From: Candidatus Eiseniibacteriota bacterium
GTDB lineage: Bacteria > Eisenbacteria > RBG-16-71-46
DNA length: 64,000 bases
Assembly: GCA_963776245.1 (NCBI GenBank)
Contig: CAVZLN010000003.1
Span: forward strand, 448,001 to 512,000
Direction: 5' to 3'
In this document: piece by piece, positions 49,491-59,311 of the stretch
Layout of the letters: the number at the start of each line of letters is the position of its first letter
How positions within the stretch are numbered: position 1 is the stretch's first letter
Made by a program: the position numbers and the translations under genes
Notes under the pieces: model-generated
What the model was told of the DNA's origin: nothing
Databases searched by the model: none
What the model saw: the letters and a program-made list of their open reading frames with translations, nothing else

Positions 49491-50269
49491 TGGACAAGCG
49501 ACAGTTCCTGAAGGGGATGATCCTGTTCTTCCCGGCAGGCGCCGCGCTCCAGACGCTGGCCGAGCTGGGGGATCCCCGCTACGCGGCGGCGGCCGCCGCC
49601 CCGGCCGCGACCGGTGACGCGTACGATCCCAAGCAGCACTGGTACGGGATGGGCGTCGAGATCGACAAGTGCATCGGCTGCAATCGGTGCGCGGAGGCCT
49701 GCAAGGCGGAGAACAACGTTCCGGACGAGCCGTACTTCTTCCGGACCTGGGTGGAACGGTACGTCGTGAAGAAGGACGGCGCGACCGTGACCTGCATCAG
49801 CACCCAGCCGCGGCGCACCGACCAGACGCCCCCGGCCGCCGAGGAGCAGGACGCGCTGCGCAGCTTCTTCGTGCCGAAGCTATGCAATCACTGCGCCCAC
49901 CCACCGTGCGTGCAGGTGTGCCCGGTCGGCGCGACGTTCTCGACCGAGGACGGCGTCGTGCTGGTGGACAGCCAGCGCTGCATCGGCTGCCGCTACTGCA
50001 TCCAGGCCTGTCCCTACGGAGCTCGGTACCTGAATCACCAGACCAACACCGCCGACAAGTGCACCTTCTGCTATCACCGGGTGCGCAAGGGGCTCCTCCC
50101 CGCATGCGTGGAGGTCTGCCCCACCCAGGCCCGCATCTTCGGTGACCTGCGCAGCAAGGCGAGCCGGCTGATCCGCTTCGAACGCATGAACAAGATCAAC
50201 GTGCTCAAGCCCGGGCTCAACACCGATCCCAAGGTGTACTACGCCGGTCTCGATGGAGAAGTCCGATGA
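49490..50269 (+). CDS. NrfC/PsrB-type 4x[4Fe-4S] protein
   Basis: KRQFLK Tat-like motif, CIGCNRC, CNHC..PPCVQVCP, CIGCRYCIQACPY, KCTFC, PACVEVCP. Confidence 0.92.
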   Translation: MDKRQFLKGMILFFPAGAALQTLAELGDPRYAAAAAAPAATGDAYDPKQHWYGMGVEIDKCIGCNRCAEACKAENNVPDEPYFFRTWVERYVVKKDGATVTCISTQPRRTDQTPPAAEEQDALRSFFVPKLCNHCAHPPCVQVCPVGATFSTEDGVVLVDSQRCIGCRYCIQACPYGARYLNHQTNTADKCTFCYHRVRKGLLPACVEVCPTQARIFGDLRSKASRLIRFERMNKINVLKPGLNTDPKVYYAGLDGEVR

Positions 50270-51480
50270 TCGCGCAGACCCCTCCGTACCTCGCCGAACT
50301 GATGAAGCAGGTCATCGGCTACATCTACCCCAACGAGATCGAGATCCACTGGTCGATCCTGATCGTGGTCTATCCGTATCTCACGGGGCTGGTCGCCGGC
50401 GCCTTCATCCTCGCCTCGCTCGTCAAAGTGTTCAACGTCGAGGAGGTGAGACCCACCTACCGCCTGTCGCTGCTCACGGCGCTGTCGTTCCTGCTGATCG
50501 CGCCGCTCCCGCTGCTGTTGCACCTCGGACACCCGGAGCGTTCGTTCGAGATCTTCCTGGCGCCCAACCTGACGTCGGCGATGGCCATGTTCGGCTTCGT
50601 CTATGCCTGGTACCTGATGGGCATCCTGCTGCTCGAGATCTGGTTCGAATTCCGTCGCGACCTCGTGGTGCTGAGCCGGACCCGGCCCGCCCCCCTGAGC
50701 TGGATCTACCGGCTGCTGTCGCTGTTCTCGAGCGACATCGGCCCGCGGGCGCTCGCGTTCGATCGCAAGGCGATCCGGGTCCTCACGCTCGTCGGCATCC
50801 CGTCGGCGTTCCTGCTGCACGGCTACGTCGGGTTCATCTTCGGGTCCGTGAAGGCCAATCCCTGGTGGGGCAGCGTGCTCATGCCGATCGTGTTCCTGAT
50901 GTCGGCGATCGTGTCCGGGATCGCGCTCGTGATCTTCCTCTACATGGTGATCACGGCGCTGCGGAACGAGCCCATCGACATGAGGTGCCTCGACCGCATC
51001 GCGTCGTTCCTGTTCTACGCGGTGGTGGTGGACTTCGCGCTCGAGTCCCTCGACTTCATCCATCGGCTCTACCAGAGCGAGGAGTCGATCAACATCCTGG
51101 GGCAGCTGATCGCGCTGAAACTGTTCCAGAACCTGGTCATCCTGCAGATCCTGCTGGGGATGATCGTGCCGCTCGGGATCCTCGTGCTGGCGAAGACCAT
51201 GAAGGTCAATGCGGATCTCAGAAAGATGCTCTACTTCGCCTCGGCCATCCTGATCCAGCTCGGCATCTTCAGCATGCGCTGGAACGTGGTGATCGGCGGA
51301 CAGCTGTTCTCCAAGAGCTTCCGCGGGCTGATGACGTACAAGATGGAGGTCCTCGGGCTCGAGGGGCTCCTGATGGCGCTGGTGCTGCTGGTCACCCCGT
51401 TCATCATCCTCGGGGTCCTGATCCGGCTGCTCCCGACCCAGCGGCTGCCCGAGACGCTCGGCGAGAGCGCTTCCGCCTGA
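50266..51480 (+). CDS. NrfD/PsrC-type quinone-interacting membrane protein
   Basis: WSILIVVYPYLTGLVAGA, HLGHPER, TSAM, RWNVVIGGQ. Confidence 0.92.
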   Translation: MIAQTPPYLAELMKQVIGYIYPNEIEIHWSILIVVYPYLTGLVAGAFILASLVKVFNVEEVRPTYRLSLLTALSFLLIAPLPLLLHLGHPERSFEIFLAPNLTSAMAMFGFVYAWYLMGILLLEIWFEFRRDLVVLSRTRPAPLSWIYRLLSLFSSDIGPRALAFDRKAIRVLTLVGIPSAFLLHGYVGFIFGSVKANPWWGSVLMPIVFLMSAIVSGIALVIFLYMVITALRNEPIDMRCLDRIASFLFYAVVVDFALESLDFIHRLYQSEESINILGQLIALKLFQNLVILQILLGMIVPLGILVLAKTMKVNADLRKMLYFASAILIQLGIFSMRWNVVIGGQLFSKSFRGLMTYKMEVLGLEGLLMALVLLVTPFIILGVLIRLLPTQRLPETLGESASA

Positions 51481-51487
51481 ACGCGGA

Positions 51488-51520
51488 ACCGCGGCGCACC
51501 CACCGTGGGTGCGCCGCGGT
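51488..51520. terminator. Perfect inverted repeat between convergent operons, probable bidirectional terminator
   Basis: ACCGCGGCGCACCCAC-C-GTGGGTGCGCCGCGGT followed by CTTT. Confidence 0.75.
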
Positions 51521-51570
51521 CTTTCGTATCCCCGGTCGCGAGTCGCGTGGCGACCGCACCGACTCGGCGC

Positions 51571-52797
51571 TCAGTCCTCGAGCTGCCGGATCCTCGCCAC
51601 GACCAGACCAATGAGCATCAGGATGATCACCACCGACCAGGCCATCCCCACCCGCCGGATCCGCCAGTCGCGCAGCGCCGCGAGCCCGTGGTCGCCGGCC
51701 TTGGTGGCCAGGGTCGTGCCTTCCTCGATCACCGCGCCGATCACGGCGGGCTCGAAGCTGTGCAGCGTCGCGCGCAGGCCGACCAGGTGGTCCTGCGCCT
51801 CCTTGAGGGCGTCCCGCCCCTGCCCCGTCTCCATGCCCTTGACCTCGGCGAGCCCCAGCAGGCTGTCCGAGCGGGCCACGCGCTGCTTGAGTCCATCGAA
51901 ACCCGTGACCAGCAGCGCAGTGCTCTTCTCGGCCTTCGACCCCGCCGGGTGACAGCCGGAACACGCGCCCTCGCGGCCCGTGGAGAACATGGCATCGGTG
52001 GGATGCAGGACCGCGTGATTGCCGTGGCACGTCACGCAACCCCGCTTCTTCTGCAGTTCCATCCCGGCCTTCATGCGGCTCTTCTCGAACAGCTCGGCCT
52101 CGCGGCCGTGGCAGGTGCCGCACACCGCCGTGACGTCCGACAGGCCCGGCGGAGCGGCGCCGTGGTTCCCGTGGCAATCGTTGCAGGCCGGCGCCGACAC
52201 ATCGCCCTTCTCGAGCAGGGCCACGCCATGCGCGCTCTTCGCGTACAGGGCGAACTGGTCGGTGCGGATGCCGCGCCCCTTCATGTAGTCGGCATTGTGG
52301 CAATGGGCGCAGGTGCGGGGCACGTTGGTCGCGTAGACCGGGGACCCCGGGTCGTTGTGCGGCCGGATGCCGTGCACCCCGTGGCAGCTCGTGCAGGTCG
52401 CCACCCGGGTGTCGCCCGCGGCGGCCCGCTTGTAATGCACGCTGGTCTGGAATTCCGCCAGCGAGAAGATGTAGGGCCGCGGATTGTAGTGCTTCATGTA
52501 GGCGGCGTTCGCGTGGCACGAGGCGCACAGCGCCGCGATCTGGTCGTGCTTCGGCTTGCCCTTGAAGCCCTTGTCGGGGTCCATCGCGGTCACGTCGGCA
52601 TCGGTCGGATCCCCGCCGTGGCAGGCGACGCAGCCGAGCCCGCGCTCGGCGTGGATGTCGTGCGCGTAGCCCTTCACGGGATCCCGCAGGTTCGCTTCCT
52701 CGAGCTTGCCGTGACATTCCACGCACGAGTCCGCCGCCACGCTCGTGGCGGGAGACAGCAGCAGGAGCGCGGCGACCGGGAGGATCCACGCCGGCAT
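51571..52797 (-). CDS. Multiheme cytochrome c (9 CxxCH), C-terminal anchor, module B; paralog of 45374-46606
   Basis: Signal peptide, 9 CxxCH, same architecture; alternative GTG start at 52842. Confidence 0.9.
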   Translation of the reverse strand: MPAWILPVAALLLLSPATSVAADSCVECHGKLEEANLRDPVKGYAHDIHAERGLGCVACHGGDPTDADVTAMDPDKGFKGKPKHDQIAALCASCHANAAYMKHYNPRPYIFSLAEFQTSVHYKRAAAGDTRVATCTSCHGVHGIRPHNDPGSPVYATNVPRTCAHCHNADYMKGRGIRTDQFALYAKSAHGVALLEKGDVSAPACNDCHGNHGAAPPGLSDVTAVCGTCHGREAELFEKSRMKAGMELQKKRGCVTCHGNHAVLHPTDAMFSTGREGACSGCHPAGSKAEKSTALLVTGFDGLKQRVARSDSLLGLAEVKGMETGQGRDALKEAQDHLVGLRATLHSFEPAVIGAVIEEGTTLATKAGDHGLAALRDWRIRRVGMAWSVVIILMLIGLVVARIRQLED

Positions 52798-52838
52798 CGC
52801 GCGGCGGGAGGGATTCAGGGGATGACGGCCCGCGGCGC

Positions 52839-53909
52839 TCACTTCTTGCCTCCGACGTACACCAGCACGGTGAACACGATGACGTAGACCAGCGCGAGCG
52901 CCCCGAGGACGCGCCACACCAGGGCGCGGCGGCCACGTCCATCCGGCGTGTCCAGGAACGGCACCATGGCCCACACCAGCCCCGCCACCCCGAAGCCGAC
53001 GATCCCGACCATCTCCCCCTCCAGGCCCATGATCTTCGACGGCAGCATGCGCAGCGTCTGGAACATCCAGCCGAAGTACCACTCGGGCTTGATCCCCGCG
53101 GGGGCCGGAGCATACGGGTCGGCCTTGAGACCCAGTTCCCAGGGGAACAGCGCCGCGAGCAGCGCCAGCACCCCGAGCGCGGCCAGCCACCCGACCAGGT
53201 CGCGCAGCAGGAAGTTGGGCACGAACCGCATCTCGCGGGCGGGCTTGTCCCCGGGCTCCGCCGAGGGCGGGCTGCTCATGCCGTGCCACTGCACCAGGAA
53301 GAGATGGAGTCCCAGCAGCGCGGTGGCGATCGCCGGCAGGACGGCCACGTGGAAGCCGAAGAAGCGCGTGAGCGTGCCACCCGTGATCTGGTCGCCGCCG
53401 CGCAGCAGGCGCGCCATGAACGTGCCGACCACCGGCACGTCGCCCATGATGTCGGTGCCCACCTTGGTGGCGAAGAACGCGAGCTGGTTCCAGGGCAGCA
53501 GGTAGCCGCTGAAACCGAAGCCGAACGCCAGCAGGAGGAGCGCCATACCGGTCAGCCACGTGATCTCGCGCGGGCCCCGGTACGACTTCAGCATGAAGGC
53601 GCTGAACATGTGGATCATGGCCGCGCCCACCATCAGGTTCGCGCTCCAGGAATGGATCGAACGGATGAGCCATCCGAACGAGACCTGGGTCATCAGGAAG
53701 CGCACGCTCTCGTAGGCCTCGTCCGCGCTCGGCCGGTAGTAGAGGACGAGCAGGATCCCGGTGGCCACCTGGATCCCGAACAGGAACAGCGTCATCCCGC
53801 CCCAGTAGTACCAGAAGGTGTGCCGGTGGACCGGCACGCGCTTCTTTTCCGCCACGTGCTGGAGCGCCTCGATGGGCAGCCGGGTCCGGAACCACTCCAT
53901 CAGGCTCAT
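52839..53909 (-). CDS. Cytochrome b of bc/b6f type, module B (canonical)
   Basis: RSIH...MIH, FGFH...[17 protein letters not shown]. Confidence 0.94.
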   Translation of the reverse strand: MSLMEWFRTRLPIEALQHVAEKKRVPVHRHTFWYYWGGMTLFLFGIQVATGILLVLYYRPSADEAYESVRFLMTQVSFGWLIRSIHSWSANLMVGAAMIHMFSAFMLKSYRGPREITWLTGMALLLLAFGFGFSGYLLPWNQLAFFATKVGTDIMGDVPVVGTFMARLLRGGDQITGGTLTRFFGFHVAVLPAIATALLGLHLFLVQWHGMSSPPSAEPGDKPAREMRFVPNFLLRDLVGWLAALGVLALLAALFPWELGLKADPYAPAPAGIKPEWYFGWMFQTLRMLPSKIMGLEGEMVGIVGFGVAGLVWAMVPFLDTPDGRGRRALVWRVLGALALVYVIVFTVLVYVGGKK

Positions 53910-54337
53910 GCGCCCTTCGCCTTCTCGACCACCACCTGGTCGCCGACGACGTGGACGACGTAGGGCTCGAGCGGGCGCGGGGGCGGCCCCGAGACATTGC
54001 GCCCCTCGAGGTCGTACGCGCCGTTGTGGCAGGCGCACCAGATGGACTTGTTCGCGGCGCGGTACTGCACCGTGCACCCCAGATGCGTGCAGACGGCGGA
54101 GAACGCGCGGTAGCCGCCGTCCGCGGTGCGGATCAGGATGCCCGGCTCGGCTCCGAACGGGAAGGTCTTGAAGCTCCCGGGGGCCAGCTCGTCCTGCTTG
54201 GCCGCCACCACCCGTCGCGTCGCCGCTTCGGGCATCCGGGGCGGCACGAGGTAACGCGCCACCGGGTAGAGGACGAAGGCGCCGAGCGCGGAGCCCGAGA
54301 TCTTGATCAGCCAGTCGAGGAATACCCGTCGTTTCAT
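53906..54337 (-). CDS. Rieske 2Fe-2S protein, module B
   Basis: KRRVFL Tat anchor, [22 protein letters not shown]. Confidence 0.94.
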   Translation of the reverse strand: MKRRVFLDWLIKISGSALGAFVLYPVARYLVPPRMPEAATRRVVAAKQDELAPGSFKTFPFGAEPGILIRTADGGYRAFSAVCTHLGCTVQYRAANKSIWCACHNGAYDLEGRNVSGPPPRPLEPYVVHVVGDQVVVEKAKGA

Positions 54338-54454
54338 CGAGCGCAACCTTCTGAGGGTGGGGAACACGGCACGGGTGCGGGGTCAGGGATGACCCGTTCA
54401 AGACCGGAGCAGACTAGCATCCGCGATGGCGGCGTCCACGGATTTATTTCGCGC

Positions 54455-57376
54455 TCACCGGTATCCGAAGATCTCCGCATAGAGGATCGCGAGGACCAGC
54501 AGGATGCCGATGGTCAGCGCGATCGACCCAAAGACGACCCACTTGTGGATGCCGCGGGGATCCGGGGCCGGCTCCAGGTGCTCCTCGAGCCGGCCGCTCG
54601 CCACCAGCGCCTCGTATTCGCGCGGCCGGTCGGTCTTGAACTCGTCGAGCGGGATGGTGCCGGTGAAGATGACCGTGTCCATCGGGAACTTCTCGGGGCG
54701 GAAGTGGGTGTTGAAGAAATGCACGGTGAAGATGAAGCCCACCGCGAGCAGCGCCTCGTCACTGTGGATGATGGTGGCGACGTTGAGCAGCCAGCCGGGG
54801 ATGAACCGGGTGAAGAACGTCGGGAACCACAGCAGCAGGCCCGACACGCCGATCACCGCCACCCCCCAGAACACGGCGAAGTAGTCGAACTTCTCCCAGT
54901 AGGTCCAACGCCCGTACGACGGCCGCGGCCCCTTCCCGAGGAACCACCGCACCGAGCCGATGAACTCCTTGCCATCCTGCAGGTTGGGCAGCATGCCGCC
55001 CGGGCCGGTGATGAACCCCTTCCACGACAGTCCGCTGGTCCGCTTGCGGCGCAACAGGTCGCGGATGTGGATGGCGAAATACGCGAACGTGACCAGCGCG
55101 GCGACGCGGTGGATGAAGCCCGCGGCCTCGAAGCCGCCGAGCACGCGCGAGACCGCCCAGGCCCACGGCGCGTACGAGAACTTGAGCGTCATGCCCGTGA
55201 CCGCGAGCGAGATGAAGCTCACGATCACCATCAGGTGCAGATTGCGATAGAGCTTCGGGAAGCGGCGCACGTGCACCGCCGACTCGAGCGCGTGGGTGCT
55301 CTCGAGCATCCGGCGGTACTGCAGCGAGCGCGGCAGCCACGCCAGCGTGTGCAGGCCGGCGAACAGGAAGGTCCCGGTCAACAGCCCGGTCATGCCCCAG
55401 AAGGTGAAGAACAGCGCCGGGTACTTGTCCGGGTCGTGATGGGTCGCGTGCGTCAGGTAGCCGGCGAAGCGACGGTTCGAGCCCGGGTGGCACATCTGGC
55501 AGGTCTTCACGATGTTCTGCCGGGACAGGTGCGATTTCGGATCGAACGCCGGCAGGATGTCGTGCGCGCCGTGGCAGTCGTAGCACTTGGCGGTCTTCTG
55601 GTAGCCGAGCTTCGACACCTTCCCGTGGTAGGTCTCGAAGTACGTCTTGGCCAGTTCCTGATGGCACTTGCCGCACTGCTGCATGATCTGGAGCCGGAAG
55701 CTGTCCTTGTCCGTGCGGGCGATCTGGTGCGCGCTGTGGCAGTCCGAACACGTGGGCAGCGGCTGCTTGCTCTTCGACACCAGGACCGAGTGGATGCTGC
55801 GGCTGAACTGCTCGTAAATGCCCCGGTGGCACTTCGCGCAGGTGGTCGCGACGTTGGCCAGGTTGATGCTCGACAGCGGGTCGGCGTGCGGCAGCTCGCC
55901 GTGCGCGGTGTGGCAGTCCACGCAGGTGGCGGTCACCACCAGGCCGCTCTCCAGCAGGCCCTTGCCGTGGATGCTCTCGACGTACGACTCGACCACCTTG
56001 CGCTCCGGACCGGTGTAGCGCAGCGCCGCCTTCTGGCCGGTGCGGTGGCAGTCGCCGCACAGGCCGGGGATGTTCTTGGCGTAGGTCCGCGACTCGATCT
56101 CGAGGTGGCCCTTGATGCCGTGCGTGCCGTGACAGGTCACACAGCGCGGCGCGTCGGGGCTCCCCTTGGTGTCGAGCTGCCCGTGTGTGCTCCGCCGGTA
56201 GGTGTTCACCACCTCGACGTGGCACAGCGAGCAGTCCACCTTCGAGGTCAGCGTGCTGCAGGGCCGGTGCGCCGAGGGCGTGGCTCCGGCGTGGCACTGC
56301 GCGCACGCGATCTTCTGGTGCCGCGAGTGCTGGAGGTCGTCCGCGTCCACGAACATCGAGACCTTCCGGCCGGTCTCGTCGGTCCCCGTGAGGTCGCGCC
56401 GCGCGTGGCACGACATGCAGTCGCGGTCCGCCATGCCCTGGGTGTAGAACACCTTGCGCACCTTGTGCGGCTGGTGGCAGTCCACGCACGCGGGCACCGA
56501 GTTCGGCGCCGACTCCCAGCGGGCGCCGTCGATGATCTTGCGGTGCACCTGCTCGATCCGCACGTGGCATTGCTGGCAGGTGGCGGCCACGTTCTGGCGC
56601 GCGATGCTGGAGCGCTTGTCGGTGTGCGGAAGCTGGAAGTGCGCGGTGTGGCACGAGGTGCACACGGCGGTGGAGAGCAGGCCCTTCTGGAACAGCCCCT
56701 GGCCGTGGATGGACTCGGCGTAGTTGTTCAGGATGCTGTCCTGCGGGATGTGATAGAAGGCCTGGACCGGCGAGCCCTCGCGGTGACACTTGTTGCAGAG
56801 ATACGGGACGTTCACCACGTTGGTCGGTGAGCGGAGGTCCTTCGGCCGCAGGACGTCGTGGGTGCCGTGGCACGAGGTGCAGGTGGGCGCGAGCTTCTCG
56901 CCGCGCCGGAACGCCGTGCCGTGCAGGCTCTGGGCGTACTGGCTCGCCTCCTCGGAGTGGCACGCGGCGCACTCCACCCGCTTGAGCTTCTCCGGGTGGG
57001 GGAGTTCCGCCCCCTCGAGATCCGCGTGACACGCCTTGCACTCCAGGCCCGCGTGCGGCGAGGCGCGCAGCGCGGCGGCGCCGAAGCTCGGCGGCTCGCC
57101 GGGCACCCGCTTCCCCCGCGGGCCGGGCGGGTGGCACTGGGCGCAGTCGTCGGATCCCGGGAGCGCGGGGACGGCGGGTGCGGCGGCCCACGAGGCCAGG
57201 GCGAGCGCGAGCGCGCCCACGGCGAGCAGCAGGGCGATGGCACGAGACAGCGGGACACGCGGACGGCGCACGGCACCCACCCCCAAAACGATGCCGCCGT
57301 CCCCCTTCGGGGCCGGCGGCGTGTCGACGGACGGATCGATCGCGGAAGCGGCTCGTGGATCGAAGTGCGGCGTCAC
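54455..57376 (-). CDS. CbcL-like fusion: multiheme cytochrome c (19 CxxCH) plus FdnI/HydC-type diheme cytochrome b
   Basis: 19 CxxCH; C-terminal RNLH, FIHR, YWEKFDYFAVFWG, IIHSDEALLA...VHFF; start uncertain. Confidence 0.88.
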   Translation of the reverse strand: MTPHFDPRAASAIDPSVDTPPAPKGDGGIVLGVGAVRRPRVPLSRAIALLLAVGALALALASWAAAPAVPALPGSDDCAQCHPPGPRGKRVPGEPPSFGAAALRASPHAGLECKACHADLEGAELPHPEKLKRVECAACHSEEASQYAQSLHGTAFRRGEKLAPTCTSCHGTHDVLRPKDLRSPTNVVNVPYLCNKCHREGSPVQAFYHIPQDSILNNYAESIHGQGLFQKGLLSTAVCTSCHTAHFQLPHTDKRSSIARQNVAATCQQCHVRIEQVHRKIIDGARWESAPNSVPACVDCHQPHKVRKVFYTQGMADRDCMSCHARRDLTGTDETGRKVSMFVDADDLQHSRHQKIACAQCHAGATPSAHRPCSTLTSKVDCSLCHVEVVNTYRRSTHGQLDTKGSPDAPRCVTCHGTHGIKGHLEIESRTYAKNIPGLCGDCHRTGQKAALRYTGPERKVVESYVESIHGKGLLESGLVVTATCVDCHTAHGELPHADPLSSINLANVATTCAKCHRGIYEQFSRSIHSVLVSKSKQPLPTCSDCHSAHQIARTDKDSFRLQIMQQCGKCHQELAKTYFETYHGKVSKLGYQKTAKCYDCHGAHDILPAFDPKSHLSRQNIVKTCQMCHPGSNRRFAGYLTHATHHDPDKYPALFFTFWGMTGLLTGTFLFAGLHTLAWLPRSLQYRRMLESTHALESAVHVRRFPKLYRNLHLMVIVSFISLAVTGMTLKFSYAPWAWAVSRVLGGFEAAGFIHRVAALVTFAYFAIHIRDLLRRKRTSGLSWKGFITGPGGMLPNLQDGKEFIGSVRWFLGKGPRPSYGRWTYWEKFDYFAVFWGVAVIGVSGLLLWFPTFFTRFIPGWLLNVATIIHSDEALLAVGFIFTVHFFNTHFRPEKFPMDTVIFTGTIPLDEFKTDRPREYEALVASGRLEEHLEPAPDPRGIHKWVVFGSIALTIGILLVLAILYAEIFGYR

Positions 57377-57462
57377 CTCATCCCCGCCCTTCCTCGAGCC
57401 CGCACCGGGACCACGCCCGCCCGGAGCGCGCGAGCGCCCCGGGCGGATGCGTCATCGCTTCC

Positions 57463-58005
57463 TCAGCCCTTCGCCGCCGGCTTCTTGGCGTGGGGGAAGC
57501 CTCCCTTGAGGGCCTCGGCGAAGTCGAACTTCGGACTCGTCACCGCGGTGTGACAGGTCTTGCAGACCGCCTCGGTCGGCAGGGGCTGCATGGCCTTCTT
57601 CTTCTCCGCCATGGGCGCCGCCATGTGCTTGCTGCCCGGACCGTGGCACGCCTCACAGGCGACTCCCGTGAACGCGGCGTTCTTGGTGGTGTCGGCCCCG
57701 AAACCACCGGCACCGTGGCCCACCACGTGGCACTTGAGACAGACCGGCGACTTCGACGCCGGGCCCTTGACCTCGGCCTTCAGCTTCTCGGCCCACTCGG
57801 CCGTCACCTTCGCATCGGCCTTCTCGAGGGTCGCGAGCGCGCTGGCGTGCTTGGTGGCCGACCAGCTGGTGTAGATCGGCAGGTCGGGCTTGTTGTGACA
57901 CATCTTGCACTTCGTCGTGCCGACGTACGTCGCCTTGTCCTGGGCCAGGGCGGCACCGGCGAGCATCAGGACGGCGAGGACGCTGAGGGTGAAGATCCGG
58001 CGCAC
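57463..58005 (-). CDS. Periplasmic tetraheme cytochrome c (c554-like domain)
   Basis: GGAGGAGG RBS, GTG start, signal peptide, YVG..KCKMCH, CLKCH, CEACHGPGSKH, CKTCH. Confidence 0.88.
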   Translation of the reverse strand: MRRIFTLSVLAVLMLAGAALAQDKATYVGTTKCKMCHNKPDLPIYTSWSATKHASALATLEKADAKVTAEWAEKLKAEVKGPASKSPVCLKCHVVGHGAGGFGADTTKNAAFTGVACEACHGPGSKHMAAPMAEKKKAMQPLPTEAVCKTCHTAVTSPKFDFAEALKGGFPHAKKPAAKG

Positions 58006-58294
58006 GAAACCTCCTCCATGAAATAGGTTGGTTTCCAGGTCCCTCGTCCGAGGGAACGCGATCGCGAGTGGCATGTCACGGGGAGCTATCACGCGTTCTC
58101 GCAAGGACCGGGCCATGGGTGGACAGGCCGGGCGGCGCACGCGGACACCCACAACTCCGCAATAATACGCAGGCGCCGACGCGGAGGCGACGGCGCCTGA
58201 CCGGCCGGGGGCATCATAACCCCCTGCCTCTTTTTCATGGTACTGCCATTCCGTCGGGTCGGCGGGAACGGTGGCGCCCCCGCCGCACCCGGGT

Positions 58295-59311
58295 CTATTT
58301 CAACTCGCAGAGCTGGTAGAGCCGTTCCACGTTGCCCTGCACCCAGCCCTTCATCCGCTCCAGGTCCTGCTCCCGGCCCGGGCGGGCGACGGCCTTGCCG
58401 GACTGCTTGTCGGTCTGGACCAGGTGGGCGAAGCGCCGCTGCTGGCCGAGGAACTCCTCGACCGCCGGACGGTCCGCCGCGTCCCGGGCGCAGTCCTTCA
58501 CCGCACCGCCCTTCCCGCGCCGCCAGATGAACGCGGGGAACACGCCGGCCTGGGCCCCCACGAGCGCGAGGTCGATGGTCTTGCCGTCCTCGAACTTCCA
58601 TCCGCTGATGCACGGCGCCGGCACGAAGATCACCGCCGTGCCGGTCTCGAGCGCGAGCGAGTCCTCGACCGTCTTGAGGAACAGCTTGCCGTGCGCCGGG
58701 CTCACTTGCGCCACCAGCTCCGCTCCCGCGGCGATGGCGAGGTGGATGTAGTCGAGCGGCGAGCGCGGATTGCCCATCGAGCCCGTGCCCGAGGGCGTCG
58801 TGCTGGTGTCGGCGAACGGCGTGGTCGCCGGGCTGTACTGGAAGCCGGTGTTGGCGAAGATCTCGTTCACCAGCACCACCATGGTGATGCGCGCCCGACG
58901 GTTGATGGTGTGCAGCAGGGCCCGCAGCCCGATGGCCAGCGCGCCGCCGTCCCCGCTCGCCGAGATCACCTGCACCGGACGTTCGAGCGCTCCACACTCG
59001 GTGAGGACGTCGGCCACGTCGCGAGCGGCCTCGCCCAGCGTCGGCGCGGACTCGAACACGTTGTGCAGGATCGCGAACGACTTCGCGAAGTCGTCCGGCG
59101 CCTGGTCGCCGCGGCCCCACGCCACCACATTCGGGAACGCCAGCGTGGAGACCTCGGCGCACGACGTCCCGATGGTGAAGACGGTCTTGGTCCCATTGTC
59201 CGAGGCGCGGCCGATGTTGCCGAAGGCGATGGACTCCATGCAGCCCGGGCAGAGCGTCGAGCCGGCACGGAAGCAGGAGTCCCGCTGCGCGATCTCCTTG
59301 TAGCCGCTCAT
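58295..59311 (-). CDS. 2-oxoacid (pyruvate-type):ferredoxin oxidoreductase beta subunit
   Basis: LCPGC, GTSC, GDGG...NEIFANTG TPP motif, PCISGW. Confidence 0.88.
   Translation of the reverse strand: MSGYKEIAQRDSCFRAGSTLCPGCMESIAFGNIGRASDNGTKTVFTIGTSCAEVSTLAFPNVVAWGRGDQAPDDFAKSFAILHNVFESAPTLGEAARDVADVLTECGALERPVQVISASGDGGALAIGLRALLHTINRRARITMVVLVNEIFANTGFQYSPATTPFADTSTTPSGTGSMGNPRSPLDYIHLAIAAGAELVAQVSPAHGKLFLKTVEDSLALETGTAVIFVPAPCISGWKFEDGKTIDLALVGAQAGVFPAFIWRRGKGGAVKDCARDAADRPAVEEFLGQQRRFAHLVQTDKQSGKAVARPGREQDLERMKGWVQGNVERLYQLCELK

Noticed and set aside
48762..51480. Alternative complex III or polysulfide/tetrathionate reductase
   Set aside because: No ActB molybdopterin-like domain, no ActD/E/F and no catalytic molybdoenzyme subunit
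58021..58115. Stem-loops upstream of the tetraheme cytochrome as a riboswitch
   Set aside because: No recognisable family motif; short GC stems are expected by chance
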